62,225 nt of DNA from an uncultured Legionellales bacterium (lineage in GTDB: Bacteria; Pseudomonadota; Gammaproteobacteria; JAHCLG01): NCBI GenBank assembly GCA_964352985.1, contig CAYGUK010000006.1, positions 1 to 62,225 on the forward strand. Reading direction: 5' to 3'. A model generated the notes under the pieces. The model did not search any database, was not told the DNA's origin, and was given only the letters and a program-made list of their open reading frames with translations. Shown here in pieces: positions 61,701-62,225 of this stretch. Every line of letters begins with the position of its first letter. The first letter of the stretch is position 1. Made by a program: the position numbers and the translations under genes.

Positions 61701-62112
61701 TGGTGAAGATTGCTGGAACAATAGCACTGATTCTGGTGGTACTTTTTCTCAAGAAAAAGCCCAAAAAATTCAAGAAAGACTCCGCGATTATATGGAAAAA
61801 ATAAGCAAAGAAGAAAGAAATAAATTAGAAAAAAGCGTTCCACTTTATGTTGAATGTCGACATGGAAAAACAACGATTAAACAATTATTTTCAGAAATGA
61901 CTTATGGTGGTTGCTCAGGACAATTAGGTAAAGCATTTAAGCAATATGTTACTGCTTATCGTGAACATTATGCAAATCGTAATACGACAAAATATTCTGA
62001 ATATCTACAACGCTTTGGTAGTCTCCAATGTAAACAATCTAGAAGTGTCATGGAAGTCCCAGTGACACAAGATATTACTAGTCAACATTTAGCACGGATG
62101 GTTTATGCTTAA
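58741..62112 (+). CDS. Large ankyrin-repeat protein (probable host-targeted effector)
   Basis: RBS ggagg; ankyrin-like units (IHYLVASGNVEMLRYLVLNGADAN, TCLDLAIEKNRVEVVRYL, LLIKNNANINLRNSANKTPIELA, IHLASAHQNFDMCRLL). Confidence 0.9.
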   Translation: MSSELLTAIKNNNIENAMLALQRIAGRRQGFNYARYFAQYFHNGYPLINFVKSPEMLTLLVTHGAKANVRDNDGKYLFDYLFKGANLDLLKKLLLLENIGMKDELGSYVLTLVKEEKFDQLEIILAYAARKNINNLFTWYSTSTNYFSIHYLVASGNVEMLRYLVLNGADANKKINKSEQTCLDLAIEKNRVEVVRYLCTIDNITTSTLLKLHIYHAIKAQNGQMAKILIEYAKKQGIDYNLDYYYTTKNNINNFAIHHTILNADYFSLDLLIKNNANINLRNSANKTPIELAFDKAHYYLAIRLLECDDLEITPLLLQDIIVVAANNNNLELCQAALAFASRKNIQLNLNYYYYSKENRLPIHRFSIHLASAHQNFDMCRLLAERKANPYHTRETNLNAFNLMKFEIDQIITISITYDPDVTEATLIENIIRSLRGPSDKLKDYANFRDENFREKSINSPDLLLFLLNHGANIKGAILNLNLDEVDFTLCELNQNQIQYCFSLGVPLTRLGPQVEILKDQQITLYNMVQVKNAIDLGFNLNNIRMRNIVISTFEELESILAHRDNLQGFKLSHDFDISTLKITENDLLAKLPTDIFSLQQYIELISNYLPNDIRPPKIIYDNNIPIENLTLDDLKQFKAWLQRYMFKIAMIKQKADPTPDCLKFNVKNEELNADHLKNFKDWLILHRQKLDFLKPNYLQDLNFTNQDCNISELTNEDLLHFRNWLQTTAEKIAPLGDIHPITIRVNQDLSKISQVFNGGINLKLIQDLLDLYFKHSHSKYFSFAHTDGVKKLRQFVAELTTQKVDPNETLSSENLNKLYSIICQRGQRLVKHPDRDYFHQPYKYTNQLYFVLIWLMGRNDGYKFSEMIPSYDESVWQQIALSGIDFYSVPFAKMYRASFQKRDHHPMLYNVEDIIRNLVETGKLIRVYDPAGANHQEFTAKETKELFATCPTLITTMQEKHEEELKQKASRGDIVSDKTLNELYRFGEDCWNNSTDSGGTFSQEKAQKIQERLRDYMEKISKEERNKLEKSVPLYVECRHGKTTIKQLFSEMTYGGCSGQLGKAFKQYVTAYREHYANRNTTKYSEYLQRFGSLQCKQSRSVMEVPVTQDITSQHLARMVYA

Positions 62113-62144
62113 ATAAAGGTGAAAATAAGATTATAAAATTTAAC

Positions 62145-62225
62145 GTAACTATTCACCCAATTTATGCTAAAACGTAGAAACGCTGAAAAGAACAGACTTT
62201 CCTTACGCGATGGGGATTCTTAAGG
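62145..62225. mobile_element. Second copy of the MITE-like element, truncated by the window end
   Basis: 81 nt align without gaps to 17190-17270 with 4 mismatches. Confidence 0.88.

Noticed and set aside
3201-61873. Many short (60-97 aa) ORFs in the track lying within or antisense to long genes (e.g. 6556-6849, 14443-14682, 26019-26240, 51678-52124, 60957-61873)
   Set aside because: Shadow ORFs of well-supported genes; no motifs or RBS.

Overview
AT-rich chromosomal segment of a gammaproteobacterium that looks Legionellales/Coxiellales-like. This is an inference from gene order, the enhA-type L,D-transpeptidase, the acidic N-terminus of RpoS and many eukaryote-like orphan ORFs. The MEP-pathway genes ispD/ispF argue against Legionella or Coxiella sensu stricto. 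The backbone is housekeeping: glnD, sdhE/ygfZ, htpG, ispD-ispF-surE-yqaA-nlpD-rpoS, purMN, ihfB, dcd, apbC, metG-rnfB-nth, ppa and ndk-rlmN-pilW-rodZ-hisS-yfgM-der. Interspersed are candidate host-targeted effectors: a Rab-like GTPase with a probable homopolymer frameshift, a 1123-aa ankyrin protein with an extra 3x helical repeat, and two Cys-rich proteins each carrying QPSAPP. Other notable items: an intact but apparently catalytically dead P1B-ATPase coupled to ygfZ; a CarF/TMEM189-type lipid desaturase; a three-gene 2-oxoacid oxidoreductase operon; a YerC/HisR-type repressor with a visible operator in front of a POT transporter; a 181-bp MITE-like element (two copies, one with an 8-bp TSD splitting a gene); and absence of bamB and ispG from their usual positions. 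No rRNA, tRNA, CRISPR array, transposase or dot/icm gene was recognised. All calls are by eye from motifs; no database search was run.
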